DNA of 64,000 bases from the human T2T-CHM13v2.0 reference genome, Homo sapiens, in NCBI RefSeq assembly GCF_009914755.1, contig NC_060934.1. One strand, 5' to 3'. Below are positions 45,947 to 64,000 of this stretch, piece after piece (the stretch's first letter is position 1; each line of letters begins with the position of its first letter). Made by a program: the position numbers and the translations under genes. The notes beneath the pieces were generated by a model. The model searched no databases and was not told the origin of the DNA. It was given only the letters and a program-made list of their open reading frames with translations.

Positions 45947-46579
45947 TTAGTTGCATGTAGACCCTGTGGCAAACACTTCACACATTATCTCACCTAATCC
46001 TCACAAGAAGCCTCACAAGAAAACAACAAAAAGTTGTCCTTCTTTTACAGATTAGGAAATTGAGGCCTTGGGAGGTTAAGCAATTTGTCCAAGTTCACAA
46101 ACTAGAAAAATGGAACCAGGGACTTAAACCCATGTATCTGGATTCCAGAGCCTGAACCTTTCACCACCATCTCAGGCTGTCTCTCTGATGGGGAAACTGA
46201 GGCTCAGAAAGCAGCCTCTTGTCCACAGTTACAGAACTTATCAGGGTTAGAGCTGGGTCTAGAATCGATGTGTGTAGACTCCCAGGCTGGTGCCAATTAA
46301 AAGGAGTAGAGACTTCCTGCTGCATGCCAGGTTCAGTGCCATTCTCTTAAAGCCGAACAAGTCTAGCAGGTGGCCTCTGGGTCCCAAAGCCCACTGGCGG
46401 CTCAGGCCAATCGAGCCATTCAGGAACCTCTCTGGGAAACCAGGGTTCCCAACCCTGCTCTGTTAGCCTTGGAACCAATGTGTAGGAAGTCAAGTTTTCC
46501 CAGCTCTGTAGGAGACACTCACAGGTAGCTGGTGCCCAAAGATCACAGTATGATGGTATGATGATCAAACTCCATCAAG

Positions 46580-46878
<299 letters not shown>

Positions 46879-47007
46879 AAACTCCATCAAGCGTAATGAC
46901 CTCCAGGAGTGGGTATGATTTGCATCTGTGTAACAGCTTGCTTTTAGTACTTGAGAACCCTGTGTGAGAGGCAGAGCAGAAGTTATCTTCCTTTGAAAGA
47001 TGATAGA

Positions 47008-47337
<330 letters not shown>

Positions 47338-47457
47338 TTAAAAGGCAAAGACTACACAGCAATGCCAGGGCTAAGCTCTGGTGGGACCCCCATGGGCCTC
47401 TCTGTTAGGTGCTCTTCTCACAGGGCTAAGTGGCCTCCTTATCTCCATAGGGACTGA

Positions 47458-47808
<351 letters not shown>

Positions 47809-49368
47809 TGAAGGGTGGGTTTCTGGGTGGCAAAGGACACTGGAATTGGGGTGTGGAGATGGCCCTCCTCTCCCTCTCTTCTTCCCTCCCTTCCTCAAAT
47901 CTATATTGCACACCTACAAATAGCAGCAGCTGCGCTGGCCGACACCTTTGCACTGAAGATGCACCAGGCCCTGTTCTAAGACCTTTATGCTGATTAGCTC
48001 ATCTAATCCTCACCAAGAGGTGGGTGCTGTTATTGTTCCCACTCCAGCAGGTCCGTCAGTTTCAAAAAGTCGCACAGTTCATGTGCGTTTGAACCCAGCC
48101 ACTTGGGTCTAGACCCAGCACCCTGCTGCCTCTATGTATAACTTTCTATGCACCTGGCACATAGAAACTGGGAGGGAGATGCTTCCTCGTGCTTATGAGC
48201 AAAACGTTGGTTTACTGGCCCCTTTAAGGACATGACCATTGTGGCTGGAGGGCAGAGAATGATCAGGAGAGTGGTAGGGGATGCTGCAGGAGAGTTAGGC
48301 CTCCTGGGCTGGGGGTGTGATGCCACTGGGTCAGCAGTAACTAAGGTCCCTCTGGTGATTAAGGGCTCACTCTGAGCTGGCTGGCCCATCCCCAGCTTCC
48401 CTTCTGGTGGGGCAGCAGTGGGGCCAGGTTGGAGGGGCCAAACCAGGCCAGGCAGGAGACACAGGAGGCGATGGAGCTGCCTTCAGCCACAGGGCCAGAG
48501 CTCTTGGGTCAGAGCCCTCACCAGGAGCGTGGCCCATCACTCAGCCCCTGCCCCTCTTGGCTGGCAAAAGGGACTGTGGGCCCTCTCCTCCTTCGAGAGA
48601 GCAAGTGCCCATCCCTAGGAGGACCTGGCCCACAGGGGTTGCAGAGAGAGGCTGGGGCCCCTCATGCTGAAGGTCAGGATGGAGCACAGTGGCCAGCCTG
48701 GGTTGGAGCTGTGGAATCTCCAGCAAGGGACGTGGCCCCTCTGAGCCTTGTACTGGGACCCAAAAGCACTTCTAGACCTGCCTCTCAGGGTCAGCTGATG
48801 ACTATGTATGTAAGTGGCAGCCAGGATGCCTTCAGCAGTGACTAACAGAAAACCCAACTCGCCTGGCTTAAACCGCAAGGAGAATGTCACCTTCCAAGTA
48901 AGAAGTCCAGTGTGAGGACAGCTCTAGGCTGATATGCAGGTCATGCCCAGTGCCCATTCGCAGTCATGGCATTGGGCATCAGGTTTTCTCCATCCTTCTG
49001 CCCACTGGGCCACAAGAGGCCACCAAGGTCCACAGTCCATTCAAGCATAACTGTGTCTTATACAGAAAGGGCTGCTGTCTCTCTGCATGGTTCATCAGCC
49101 ATGACGATGTCTTCCCAGGAGCCACCCACTGGGCCTCCCAGCCGCCTCTAAGCTGGTCCCAGGCAAGGGGATTGGAGCACCAGGATGACTAAGACCAATC
49201 GGATCTACTCCTAAATCAGCTGGGGGAGCAGTGGGTCTGCAGGGAAGAAAGGAGGGAATGGCTGCTGGGTGGGCAACGGGTGTCTGCTGCACCCAGCTTC
49301 AGAAATAGCCACACAGCCCCAGGAGGGCTCTCACAGCCCCCACGTGGTTTCTCCCATTTGCCTGAATG

Positions 49369-49664
<296 letters not shown>

Positions 49665-49941
49665 TTGTTCACCTGAATGCTGATGCAGGCAGGGATGGGT
49701 GAGGGACAGAAAGAATAAGGACAGCAGCTACACCACTCAGCACGTGCTGGATGTGGGGTCCAGGTGCTTTCGGAGCCTTTTCTTGTGCAATTCTCACCAC
49801 AACCCTGCAAGGTAAGTGCTGTGACTATCCCATTCCACAGGCTCTAAGACGGAATCACTGTGAGGGAGTCACAGGCAGGGCTGAGGTCAAACCTCAAAGC
49901 TGGACTTTCCAGGGGAACCCACAGCTCAGGGGATGCTTTGA

Positions 49942-51385
<1,444 letters not shown>

Positions 51386-52255
51386 CTAATGGAAATGCAT
51401 TAGCTTGGCTTAAATTCCAAGAAGGCAATGCTACTGCCCATTGTACGAGTCAATTAGGACATCATGCCGCCCAGTAATTACAAACAACTGGAAGAGGATG
51501 TTGGGGAATGTTCCGCACTGTCCATAATCAATAACGGTGTTTGAAAGTCTCTCTGGTAATACTGCTTCCTGCCCTGCATCTCTGGGTCATCTGAAATGCA
51601 CCTGGCCTTAATGCTAAGCACAGGATACCTGACAGCTGTGAGGCCGGTCAATCCCGTCATTCCCAACTGGGTCATCCCTCTTGGATTAGAAAGGAAAGTG
51701 CATGAGCTGTTAAGTACTCACAGGCCAAGTGCAGTGAACTGATTGTATCAAAATATATGAATGCATTCTAAGAAATAATGAGTTCCATTATGCATTTTGG
51801 CATTCAGTAATTAGAATAGTTAATACATTCCCTTTGTGGGGGTTGTGTGCTCCCTGAGACCTGCTTCCTTTAAACTTTTTCAGGAATGTGACATATTGCA
51901 TATTTTGGATTGCAAAAGTATCTCACCCAGAGGCAGCCAAAAAGGCTTTGTTTATAATCCTGTAAACCCACCTTTGCCAAAGACAGCAGTAGATTCTGGT
52001 GGATTCACAGTGCCTGCTCTGTGCTCAAATCCCAGCTCCTTTCAGGCACTCCAATCCAAACCATCCTCCTGTCCTGCTGAGATTTCTGCCAGTCCCTACA
52101 GGTCTCTCCTCTCAGCTCCCACCTCAGCCAAAGCCCCCTTTATCTCTCACCTGGGCAGGAAGCATAGCATCCCCACTCATTGTCCTGTGTCTATCTGAAG
52201 CCCTACAATTTACTGTCTGTGATGCAGTCAGGATGATTTTTTCAAGATGCAAACC

Positions 52256-52552
52256 AAGTCAGAAGTGGTGGCTCACTCCTGTAAGCCCAGCACTTTGGGG
52301 GGCTGAGGTGGGCAGATCACTTGAGGTCAGGGGTTCGAGGCCAGCCTGGCCAACATGGTGAAACCTTGTCTCTACTAAAAATACAAAAATTAACCAGGCA
52401 TGGTGGTGGGTGCCTGTAGTCCCAGCTACTCAGGAGGCTGAGGCAAGAGAATCTCTTGAACCCAGGAGGTGGAGGTTGCAGTAAGCCAAGGTCGTGCACG
52501 CCTCTTCACTCTAGCCTGGGCAACAGAGCAAGATCTCATCTTAAAAAAAAAA
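52256..52552 (+). mobile_element. Alu (S-like)
   Basis: Full dimer; TSD AAGAT(G/A)CAAACC. Confidence 0.95.
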
Positions 52553-52564
52553 GATACAAACCTG

Positions 52565-53053
52565 ATTTTATTAGTTTCTTGTGGCTGCTGTAATAAATTC
52601 CCACAAACTCAGTGGCTTGAAGCAATAGAAATTTATTCTGTCACAATCTGGAGGCCAGAAATTCGAAATCAGTTTTACTGATTTCAAAAATGAAGGTGTT
52701 GGCAGAGCCATACTCCCTCTAAGGCTCTAGGAGAGGACCCTTCCTTGCCTCTTCCTTGGCAGCTTCTGGTGGCTGCCAGCATCCCCTGGCTCGTGGCCAC
52801 ATCACTCTTGTCTCTGCCTCTGAGGTCATATTACCTCCTCTTCTCTGTGTAAAATATCTTGCTCAGCCTCTCCCTTATCAGGACACTTGTAATGGTACCT
52901 AGGGCCACACACACAATCCAGGATAACTTCCTCATCTTGAGATCCTTAATCACATCGACAAAGACCCACTTACCAAATAAGGTAGCATTGACAGATTCTA
53001 GGAGTTAGGACTTGGCTATATTTGGGGGCTGTCATTTTTCAGCCTTCCACACT
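52565..53053 (-). mobile_element. MLT1C-like MaLR LTR
   Basis: TTAGTTTCTTGTGGCTGCTGTAATAAAT...AATCCAGGATAACTTCCTCATC...TTCAGCCTTCCACA. Confidence 0.8.
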
Positions 53054-53518
53054 GATCAAGGCACTCCCCCATCTGCCATGGAAGCCCTTAGATGCTGCCC
53101 ACCTCCTGGCCTCCCCTTGCTCCCCTCCCCTACCTCCCTGCACACTAGCCACACTGGCCTTCTCTTGGTTCCTTAAAGCTGGGTGACAGCTACACTCAGG
53201 GTGACACCTTGGTGAAAAGTTAGAAAACCATATCCCTCACTAGGCAGACACAGCCCAGTGCCCCGAGCCCTGAGCTCCAAGCTTGGTAAGTGCACGGAGG
53301 CTAGGTTTCAGCTCCCAGTCACCCCCTTGGTATATGTGCAGTACACAAGTTGCCCCACTGTCACTGTATGGATAACCCTTTGTTGAACCCGCCATAGGGT
53401 CTTTGCACAGGCTGCTTCCTCTCTCTTCACCTGGCTAGTTTGTGACCCCTTCCCAACATCAGCTCAAAAATCCCCTCACAGGAAAAATCTTTCCTGGGCC
53501 CAAATCCAGGATGGGTGC

Positions 53519-53817
<299 letters not shown>

Positions 53818-55202
53818 TAGGATAGGTGCCTTTGTTCTAATCATTCATGGAATGGTCTGCTCTTTCACTTCCTGTTATTGATCTCCATTTGTAATTACAT
53901 ACTCATTAGTGTGGTTTTTAAAATTAATGTCTGCCTCTTTTACCAAACCAGAGGCTCAGAGAGATCGTATCCCGTATCTACTTTGCTCAGCACTATGCCC
54001 ACAGTGCATGCAGTAAGCACTCAATACTGAATGTATGCATGCATGAATGGATGAATGAATGCACATAGTTAACTGACGCTGCCATCAAATGGTACTTAGT
54101 GGAACCAGCCAGAGTGGCATGGAGTGCTCTGGAATGGATGCAAACTGATGAGACTCTTTGAGAGCCACAGCTCCCTCCCCTACACTTGGGACCCTGGTGA
54201 GGGTAGGCAACCTGAATGCCCACCTGCTCTTGGAGGGCAGAGCCTGAGGCCAAAGTTTGCCACAGGGAGCTGCACTTCTGGAGGAAGTTGGGGCTTAGCC
54301 AGCTGAGGAGTTGCCTTCAGATTAATTTACATAATTGGGCTGGGTTTTTCTGTATTAATCATCCTTTATGACATCAAAAATTAAACACAGGCATTAAATA
54401 CAAAAGCTTTGTCCTCTGCTCGAATTGATGCTTGCCCGCTCCAGAAGATCTAGCCACCTGCGCTGTGGGGTTTGAGGTCTGTCTGCTCCTGCCCCTCTGT
54501 AGGTGCAAGGGGAGGGGAGGGGCTCCCGACGGGGATGGAGACCTCAGCGCATCCCTTCCTTTGCTTGGCTGCCTGGTTGTCGCTGATTGAATGGTCCTGC
54601 CCCCGGATGCTCCTGAGGGTGACAGCACTGGTTGGGGACCTGAGAGTCCTGTGGATTTGACCCCAACTCCACTGTGTATCACATGTATGCTCACGGCCAA
54701 GCTACTTCGTTTCTCTGTGCTTCAGTTTCCCCACCTGTGGATGGTGATAACAATACCTCCCTATGAAGGCTGACTGACACCCAGCCCACAGGAAGTGCTC
54801 ACTAGGCAGCTAAGGTCTTGAGGGTGAGGACACCACCAGTTATTAATCGCGCACTGTGTGTCAAGCACGGGCCTCATGTAATCCTCCCAGCTAGTCAATA
54901 CGCAAAGTAGGTATTGTCATCCCCATCTTACAGATAAAAAAAACCTGAAAATATGAGCAGTCAAGTAATATTATCATAAATAGCAGAGCTGGGATTCAAA
55001 GCAAGGTCAGTCAGAACCTAGATGCTGGGAGGCTAATGGCTTCACTGTCATTTAGGAACATGTTTGTCTAATCTGCTAAGCCACAAATGGCTCTGAGGGC
55101 AATTGTATTTTATTCATCTTCCATCTTTCTGTTTTTCCTAATACTGTGCACACTGCTGAGCACACCATGGGAACACAATAAGTGCCTCTTAGAAACAAAT
55201 AG

Positions 55203-55530
<328 letters not shown>

Positions 55531-55967
55531 AAGGGTGGCTTCTTAAAAGCCAGCACCTTCACAGAGGATAAAGGTGGCATTGGATATGATTACAAAGCCA
55601 CCCATCCTCTCTCACTTGTACTCATCCTGTCCTTCCAGGTCAGCTGAGCCCTTCCTTTGGGGGGTGCTCAGAAATGGCCAGAACAGAATCAAAGGCAATC
55701 TGTTCACCCCAAACCTGTGCTGGTCCCCTGCCAAGGACATTTCAAATCAAAGACCTGGATATCAGTTGCTCCTTATCCTAAAGGGAAGCTGTTTCACTCC
55801 TTTCCCTCCCACCAAAGCAAGCCTAATGCCAGACCAGTGGCTGAATGCTTTGAGATGAGTATTTTCAAAAACAATGTGTAAAATGTCATGCCAAGGAGGG
55901 GAGATGGCAGAAGGTCTCTTTAAAGCTTTTGGGGGGAAAAAGGGAAGGGGCCAGATGCAAACTCTAA

Positions 55968-56789
<822 letters not shown>

Positions 56790-57133
56790 AGGTTTCATTA
56801 TCTCTCAGGTGACAGACACTGGCTGAGCTGGTTTTCTTGTGTTGTCTTTCAGGGTCATGCAGCCTGTCACCTGAGACCTTCAGTCTTGGAGACAAATCCC
56901 TTATGAGAGCCAAGTTCAGTCTTGAGGCCCTGCAGAAATTTGGCCAATGCCCTTTGTATCAGGGCATTAGGAAAAAAAAACTATCACCATTCCCCAAAGT
57001 CCAATTAATTTATCTGTCTTCCTTTTTTAAAGCATCACCTCATGTAGATGAAGCAACCTTATGGATGTCCCTGCTTTTCTTGAAATATGAGAAACAAAAC
57101 ACCTTTATTCTTGGAAGTTGTACTTTTAGTTAA

Positions 57134-57139
57134 ATTAAA
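57134..57139 (+). terminator. Candidate KCNK18 polyadenylation signal (ATTAAA)
   Basis: First strong PAS hexamer I can find after the stop codon; T-rich upstream, followed by TGTTCTTTGTT. Confidence 0.4.
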
Positions 57140-57279
57140 ATCTTCCTGAGCTGTTCTTTGTTACCTGAAAAAGAACTAGTGCGAACAACCTCTTTTCTTG
57201 AATGACTGCATGAACGCATGTAAGACCAGCCCAATCCCAGCCCCTGTAAAATACATAGATGCCGGGTGTCACCAAAATG

Positions 57280-59440
57280 ACAAAGTAGAAGCAATCTGGC
57301 TTCACTGTCCTCCATAGAAAACTAAAAACAATGATCTAGTGCCAAGATGATAATTACCACTATCCCAGAACTCAAAATGAGGCTGTGACAAACCCTGGGG
57401 CCACAGAAAAGTGAAAAACTGTGAACAGAAGGTAGTAAAATGGACTCCTCTGTGACATCCCTTCCCCAAACTGTAAGTCACCACGCAGAAAAGTTCCCTG
57501 GACATTTCTACACTGGGAAAAATAAGATCAAGGCAGCCAGCCAGCTTCCTCATCATCTTGACTACCTACTCAGGAAAGTTTTCCTGCCTCAACCCACAGG
57601 AAGAATCACGAATACCTATAGGGTGAGGGACCCCTGAAAGCCTCTGGAGTCACATAGACAGTGGAGGTGGGGCTAGCAGCCCAGTGCGTGAAACTCTGGG
57701 GCTACTCTTCATCTCAGACAAACAAGACACTGAATCAGAGAGGTGGTTCAGCAGCATCACATTGTAAGAGGCACTCTCCACAGTCCCTCTGGGCATGAAC
57801 CCCTAGTCAGCCTCCCCACAGAGCTGCAGAATCCCCTTTGATGCCCTTTATCTGTGAAAAGGCTGAGCTTTGAACTTTTGCAAGAGTCATGACAAACCTG
57901 GGCTTAGGGTGTTATTTAGTGCTGAAAAGGAGGCAGTGATCTAGAGCTAAAGGAATCAATAGGCCAAGTGCACAGAACATCTAAACACACATATGCTAAA
58001 GAGACCAAACTAACCCAGGCAGCAAAGATGAATAAATAACTAAACCTTCAATGTGAAGACATATGTGTACATGCATAAGAAACTGCTAACACCAGGAACC
58101 ATGACTTCTTCAAATGGACAAAGCAAGGAGCCAGTGAGTGACTGACCCAAGCAAGATGGCAATCTGTGAGCTCTCAGATCAGGAATTCAAAATAGCAGTC
58201 TTGAGGAAACTCAGCAAACTCCAAGGTAACACAGAAAAGCAATTCAGAAACTTACCAGAGGAATTTAACAAAGAGATTAAAATAATTTTTAAAATATCAA
58301 ACAAAAATCTTGGAACTGAGAAGTACGTTAGCTGAACTAAAAAACACTTCACAAAGTCTCAACAACAGAACAGACCAAGCAGAAGAAATAATTAATGAAC
58401 TCAAAGACAGGCTATTTGAAAATACACAATCAGAGGAGAGAAAACAAAACAGAATGAAAGGAGTGAAGAATGTCTACAAAATCTAGAAGATAGCCTCAGA
58501 AGAGCAAATCTAGAAGTACTGGCTTTCAAGAGGGAATTGAGAAAGAGTGAGGGGGCAGAAGTCTTGTTCAAAGAAATAATAACTGTAACCTTTCCAAGTC
58601 TAGAGAAAAATATAAATATGCCAGGTACAGGAAAGTCAAAAATCACCAAAGAGATTTAACCCAAATAAAACTACCCCAAAGCATAGAATAATCAGACTCT
58701 CAAAGGTCAAGGACAAAGAGAAGATGCTAAAAGCAGCAAGAGAAAAGAAGCAAATAACATATAAAGGAGCTTTGATTCATCTGGCAACAGACTTCTCAGC
58801 AGAAAGCATACACACCCAGAGTAGGAAGGATGACATATTCAAAGTGCTGAAGATAAAAAAGACCTGTCGACTGAGAATACTGTACCCAGCAAAATGATCC
58901 TTCAAACATGAAAGAGTGATAAAGATTTTCCCAGACAAAAGCTGAGGAAATTCATAATCACCAGAACTGTCTTACAGAATTGCTAAAGGGAGTTTTTAAT
59001 CTGGAAGAAAAGAACATTAATGTGCAACAAAGACATCATCTGAAGGTACAAAACTCACTGGTAAAAGTAAATACACAGACAAATTCAGAATACCCTTATA
59101 CTGTAATTGTGGTGTGTAAACCATTCATTTCTCTAGTATGAAGACTAAAAGACTAAAAGACAAATATATCAAAAATAATAATTAGAACAACTTAAGAGAT
59201 AGGCAATATAAAAAGATGTAAATTAAGACAATAAATAGTCAGAATATAGGGGAATGGAGTTAAAGTGTAGAGGTTTTTAGTTTTTTATTTCTTTTCTTTG
59301 TGACCAAAATTGTTATCTATTCAAATAAGATGTTTTTTGTAAACCTCATGGTAACCACAAAGCAACCACAAAACCTAACATAGATACACTAAAAATAAAA
59401 AACAAGGAATTAAAACATACTACCAGGGAAAAATCACTTG
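57280..59440 (+). mobile_element. Old L1 (L1M) 5' region with degenerate ORF1 and inter-ORF sequence
   Basis: ORF1p-like peptide ICELSDQEFKIAVLRKLSKLQGNTEKQFRNL, plus GCTAAAAGCAGCAAGAGAAAAGAAGCAAATAACATATAAAGG; many stops and frameshifts. Confidence 0.85.
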
Positions 59441-59689
59441 AAATACACTGATGCTGCAGAGTGGAACTGACACCTGTATTCACAGGAGCCTGAGATATTT
59501 CCAGTGGCCACATTCTGTGTAGATCACTTTTCTCACTAATTAGAGTATGAATGGTGCCTCCGGAATGAGTTGGCCTCTGAAAACGTTGATGCCTAAATGA
59601 ATGGATTATTACACAGGAATGCTGGCACTTGTTAGGTAGACACAATCCTAGGCTGTTCATGGATGGGTTGGCATGTGAATGGGCTGGTC

Positions 59690-60112
59690 TGTGTAGTAGA
59701 TGCTGCAGGTGCCCTACCCATATGTCTTAGCACTCCAACTCCCTTTGCCTGATCATTTTCTCTGGCCATGAAAGCATGGACATGTGCAGGGGTAGCTAGA
59801 AGTGCCAAGGAGTTAATGCTTCTGGGAGCAGCCCTCAATCAATGACTGATAGAAGCTGGTGGATATATGGTGCCCAGCTCCCTTTCCCCTCCCATGGAAT
59901 AACTCTGTGGCATGTTCGCTACTGACACTGTCTCCCCAAGTTCCCCAGTGGACTTGAGCCCCAGTTGCTCATCAGCACACCCTGTATTGACCCCCTTCAT
60001 CTCCCTGTCTCACTTCTTCACTCCTTTACTTGGGCTTCCTGAGATCACCTCCAAAAGAACCACTCACTCATATCCTTGTTTCAGGGTCACTCCTGGGGAC
60101 TCCAGCCTGGGA
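59690..60112 (+). mobile_element. LTR16-like ERVL LTR
   Basis: CTGGGAGCAGCCCTCAATCAATGACTGAT...GAGCCCCAGTTGC...TCCTTGTTTCAGGGTC. Confidence 0.65.
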
Positions 60113-60203
60113 GAAGATGTAAACAAGTCAGTATGTGAACTGGTTGGCACACACATGGAATAGCACAAGTCTTTTACTATTTCCCTTGTGGGTTATTAGA
60201 AAT

Positions 60204-60516
<313 letters not shown>

Positions 60517-61466
60517 TGACTAGATCTTGCTTGAGTCTTGCAAAAATCACTCTGTGTTCTATGATTAGCAAAATCAATCAGTTCCTGGGTAAATGGTGAA
60601 CATTGCTACAGGGTATAGCATACAAATTGCAAGAACCAAGAAAAAATGCCAGGAGGTTCCCATTTGAAAATAAAATAAGCACCTGTCTTTTAAATCTTTA
60701 TTCATCTTAGGTCTTGGCCAATGCCCAGGCTATCTCTCAGAGGGGTCTTTCTGGATCTTTCCCCTCTTCCCTACAACTAGCAGGCTTTCTGCCCCTCCAA
60801 CCCTTGAAGACCTACCTCTGGCAATGGAATTGACAAGGTATAGGCAAGAACCAGTGAAAGACACAGAGCACCAATAGTGGGATTTCAGGGAGTAGTCATA
60901 GGCACTAAGGTTTTTGTGGAGTTTCTCAGACCACATTAGCCCAATTAAGGTATAGAAAAACCTTGAACCCAGATGCAATCAACACTGGCCACTCAAGTAG
61001 GAGCCCATGATCGCACTGAAGGGCTGTTCTTTCAGTTCAACAAACATTCACTGAATGCTGGCTATCTTCCAGGCTCAGAGTATCCAAAGATGAATCAGCA
61101 GCATCTTCAGAAACACAGAGGTAAATTCATTACAAGTGGTACTGAACCTCTCAGCCACTCCCTTCTTAAGGCAATAGCAATTCCTGTTCAAATGCAAACA
61201 TGGTGGTTGTCAGGGATGCACATTATGCAAATTAAAGGTCATGATTATTTGCTTATTTGCTAGCTGGAATTCTTCCATGGTTCTAAGGAAATGGTCCATT
61301 GTGCCCCCCTGCCCCTTGTTTCTTGCCCCAACTTGAGCTGTTTACTTCTGGGCCCCTGTGCAGACATGTGAATTTATTCCTTCAAGACTTTGCTCAGTGG
61401 TTCTCAACCTTGCCTGCGCACTGACACCTGGGGAGTGTCAGATATTTCATGGCATCCCCCTCCCTG

Positions 61467-61873
61467 CCGTCTTAGTGAGTGCAGGCTGCTATAACAAATT
61501 ATCATAGACCGGGTGACTTCAACAACTCAAATGTATTTCTCATGGTTCTGGGGACTGGAAGTCTGAGGTCAGAAAGCAAGAATAGTTGGGTTCTTGGTGA
61601 GGGTCCTCTTCCTGGGAAATGCACAGAGAGTGAGGCATAAAGAGAGAAAAAGACAGAGGCCAAGACAGAGGCAGAGACACAGGCAGAGGCAGAGGCAGAT
61701 CTTGTGCTTCTTTCTCTTTTTATAAGGGCATTAATCCTATTATGAGGGTTCCAACCTCATGACGTCATCTACAGCTAATCACCTCCCAAAAGTCCCACCT
61801 TCTCATACCATCACACTGGGGTTAGGGTTTTAACAAATCAATTTTGGGGAGACACAGACATTTAGTCCAAAGC
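61467..61873 (-). mobile_element. MLT1A-like MaLR LTR
   Basis: GGCTGCTATAACAAATTATCATAGAC...CCATCACACTGGGGTTAGGGTTT...ACATTTAGTCCAAAGCA. Confidence 0.8.
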
Positions 61874-62849
61874 ACCCTCTAGGATTCCGACATTCGTCTG
61901 GGTGCCACTTGCACACTGAGGTTTTGAAAGGTCTCCCAGGTTACCCAACATGTGGTCAGAATTGAGAACCAGGGCACTAGTGGCTCTCCCAGCCTGAGGT
62001 GTCCTTCTCCCTTCCAGGCTAGGCTCACATGTCACCTCTGCTAGGTGGCATCCCCCAACTCCTGAAAGCGGTCACCCTTGTGTGCTCCATGCTCCCACTC
62101 CATCCCCTGCTACCTCTTCCTCTGTTACAGGATAACAATGTTCTCACCTGTCCTCTCCTCTCCAGACTCTGAGCTGCCCAAATAAAATGATCGTGCCTTT
62201 TTTCATCCTTATTGCTTTTTTTCCCTTTTAATCCTTGAGTCTCTACTCTGCAGCATCTCCCACATAAGGGAGGACGCTGGGTGGGACTTAGGTGCACAGA
62301 AACACCAAGGAGAGCAGCCAGCGTTTGCTGCACACCTACTTTGCGCCAGGTCCTGGGCTGAGCCTTGCGTGTGCCTCTCATCCAATGCTCCCTGCAGCCT
62401 CCCTGTGGGGACAGTTTGTGAGGACAGTAGCCTGGGAGAAGCATGAGGGCTGGGGTCCTGGGCAGGGATGCTGAAGCGGGAAAGGCCCTCCAGCCAGCGA
62501 GGCCTCCCCCAAACTGGAACTGACCCTGTCCTAATAAGAGGTAGTATTTCGTCTTCTCCAAGCTCGGTTTCTCTTGGTGATCCCAGGGGGCTGCTTCTTG
62601 CCTGGCTTGGACTCACTTGGGGGATCATCGTCAACTGCCCAGCATCACTTGGCTCCATGGGAGGGCCTGCGGGGTCTCAGGTTGGCTAAAGTCCACCTCC
62701 GGGAAGCGGGGGTCCTGGAAATTGCCCCGGAAGCTCCCAGACTCAGGAGGGGAGGGGATTTTGACGGTCACCCGCTGCATCTCCTACTTATGGGTGCAGA
62801 AGTGCCCTGCTCCGCTTGCACATCTCATCTCCAGCCTCCCGGTACCTGG

Positions 62850-64000
62850 ACCAAAGCCTTTGGTGCGACTCACCCAGCCGCTGTGGGGGTCGTCCCGTTC
62901 AGTGGTCCACCAGCCCTGAATGCTGTATTGTTAGTGCCCTCCCCGCCTTTAGAATACGAAGAAACTGAAGATCAGGGACGGTAAGCGATTTTGTTCAAGA
63001 TGACACAGCCAAAGAGATGCAGAGGGGGCGTCGAGGCGGAAGAGGGGTTCCTCGGGGAGGCCCAATCCCCGGGGACGATAGGGGCTGCGAGAGTGGGCGC
63101 TGTCAGAAGAGGGGCAGCTAGTCCAGGCCAGGCGCCCCAGGATGGGGTAGTGGCTCAGAGGTCGCGGGGTGCTGGAGCTGATGGAGGAATCCTTCCGCAC
63201 ACGCCCGCGGCCCCTCCGCTCCCGCGAGGTCTTGCGGCCGGGCTGCGCTTTCCCAAGCGGCCACCAGGTGGCGGGGCCAGACCGCGCAGACCCCAAGCTT
63301 TGCGCCAGCAGGTGGCGCGTCCCAAGCTCCCCGCCTTCGCCGCGAGGAAGGGTCCTCCCGGGAGCGGACATCTCCAGCCGCGGTCCCCGGGGAGGGCTCC
63401 CCCTTCCGACTCCAGTCTTCCACCGTGGACTCCTGAGAGGGGACGCCTCGGACTCTTGTTCTCACCTCCGTCCCCGGGACGGGCACTTCGCACCGCTGTC
63501 CCCGCAATCCCAAGTCCTGCCAAACTTGTCGCAGCATGCCCACTAGCTTCACCCTGGCTGCCTCTTTCCTGACCCCACAGCCTCCCTGCGGGCCTGCGGA
63601 CAGACGGGGTGCAGCTCACAAGCGACGCCTGGGAGCTCCTCGTGTCCGGATGTCGCGTCCCACCTGGAGCCCCCTGCCTCGGACGCTCAGTAGCCAGGTC
63701 CAAGAATGGCCGGGATGCTGGGGCTGGGGCTTTGCTTCCTGTCTCCAACACTGCGGTGATTCTCAGCTGGGGTCGAGAACCCCTGCCTTCACCGGAGCGC
63801 TGGGGCCAGGCGAGCCCAGACAGGAAGGGGATTGGAAGGGCCTCGCGCTTCCTAAGAGGGCCAGTGAGAGAGAGGGTCTCGGACGCAGGAGACCTGGCCG
63901 CACCCCTGCCCTGCTGGGTAACCTCACGCAAGTCGAGCTCGCTCCTGGGTCTGTCCCGGGATGGGGAGGGGATGGGCAGGGGATGGGCCAAGGCAGCCCC
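62850..64000. promoter_or_regulatory. CpG island, continuing past the window end
   Basis: High GC/CpG, two consensus CTCF motifs, G-tract cluster at 63958-63988. Confidence 0.8.
63261..63318 (+). promoter_or_regulatory. Tandem pair of CTCF motifs
   Basis: CCACCAGGTGGCGG (63261-63274) and CCAGCAGGTGGCGC (63305-63318), both perfect matches to CCASYAGRKGGCRS. Confidence 0.7.

Noticed and set aside
58138-58335. ORF resembling L1 ORF1p / L1TD1
   Set aside because: Short remnant of a decayed L1 with surrounding stops and frameshifts; not a domesticated gene.
62025-63991. ORFs of 278, 193 and 178 aa
   Set aside because: CpG-island or GC-rich artefacts without domain features.

Overview
Human (primate) genomic DNA, recognisably chr10q25.3 between VAX1 and SLC18A2; both neighbours lie outside the window and are placed from recall. 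The only protein-coding gene is KCNK18 (TRESK, K2P18.1) on the + strand: three coding exons (43991-44213, 47642-47770, 55987-56789; 223+129+803 = 1155 nt, 384 aa), intact, with GT-AG introns. The window also holds the MIR3663 hairpin (- strand, 14152-14248) in a large CpG-island cluster (9.3-15.6 kb), a processed RPL12 pseudogene head-to-head with KCNK18, two further CpG islands (21.4-22.4 kb, 62.9-64 kb), and dense Alu/L1/L2/MIR/LTR/DNA-transposon remains. I see no new multi-gene system; the long ORFs in the track are CpG-island or repeat artefacts. Most worth follow-up: (1) a 21-nt poly(A)-tailed micro-retroinsertion of unknown source with a perfect 17-18 bp TSD; (2) a fossil Alu-Alu unequal-crossover duplication with a mappable chimeric Alu; (3) CTCF motifs pointing away from KCNK18 on both sides; (4) a symmetric, Alu-bracketed KCNK18 exon 2; (5) a 75-nt out-of-frame ORF in exon 3 that predicts which frameshifts yield the MT2-type product; (6) upstream ATGs at the KCNK18 5' end. 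Repeat subfamily calls and boundaries are by eye and approximate.
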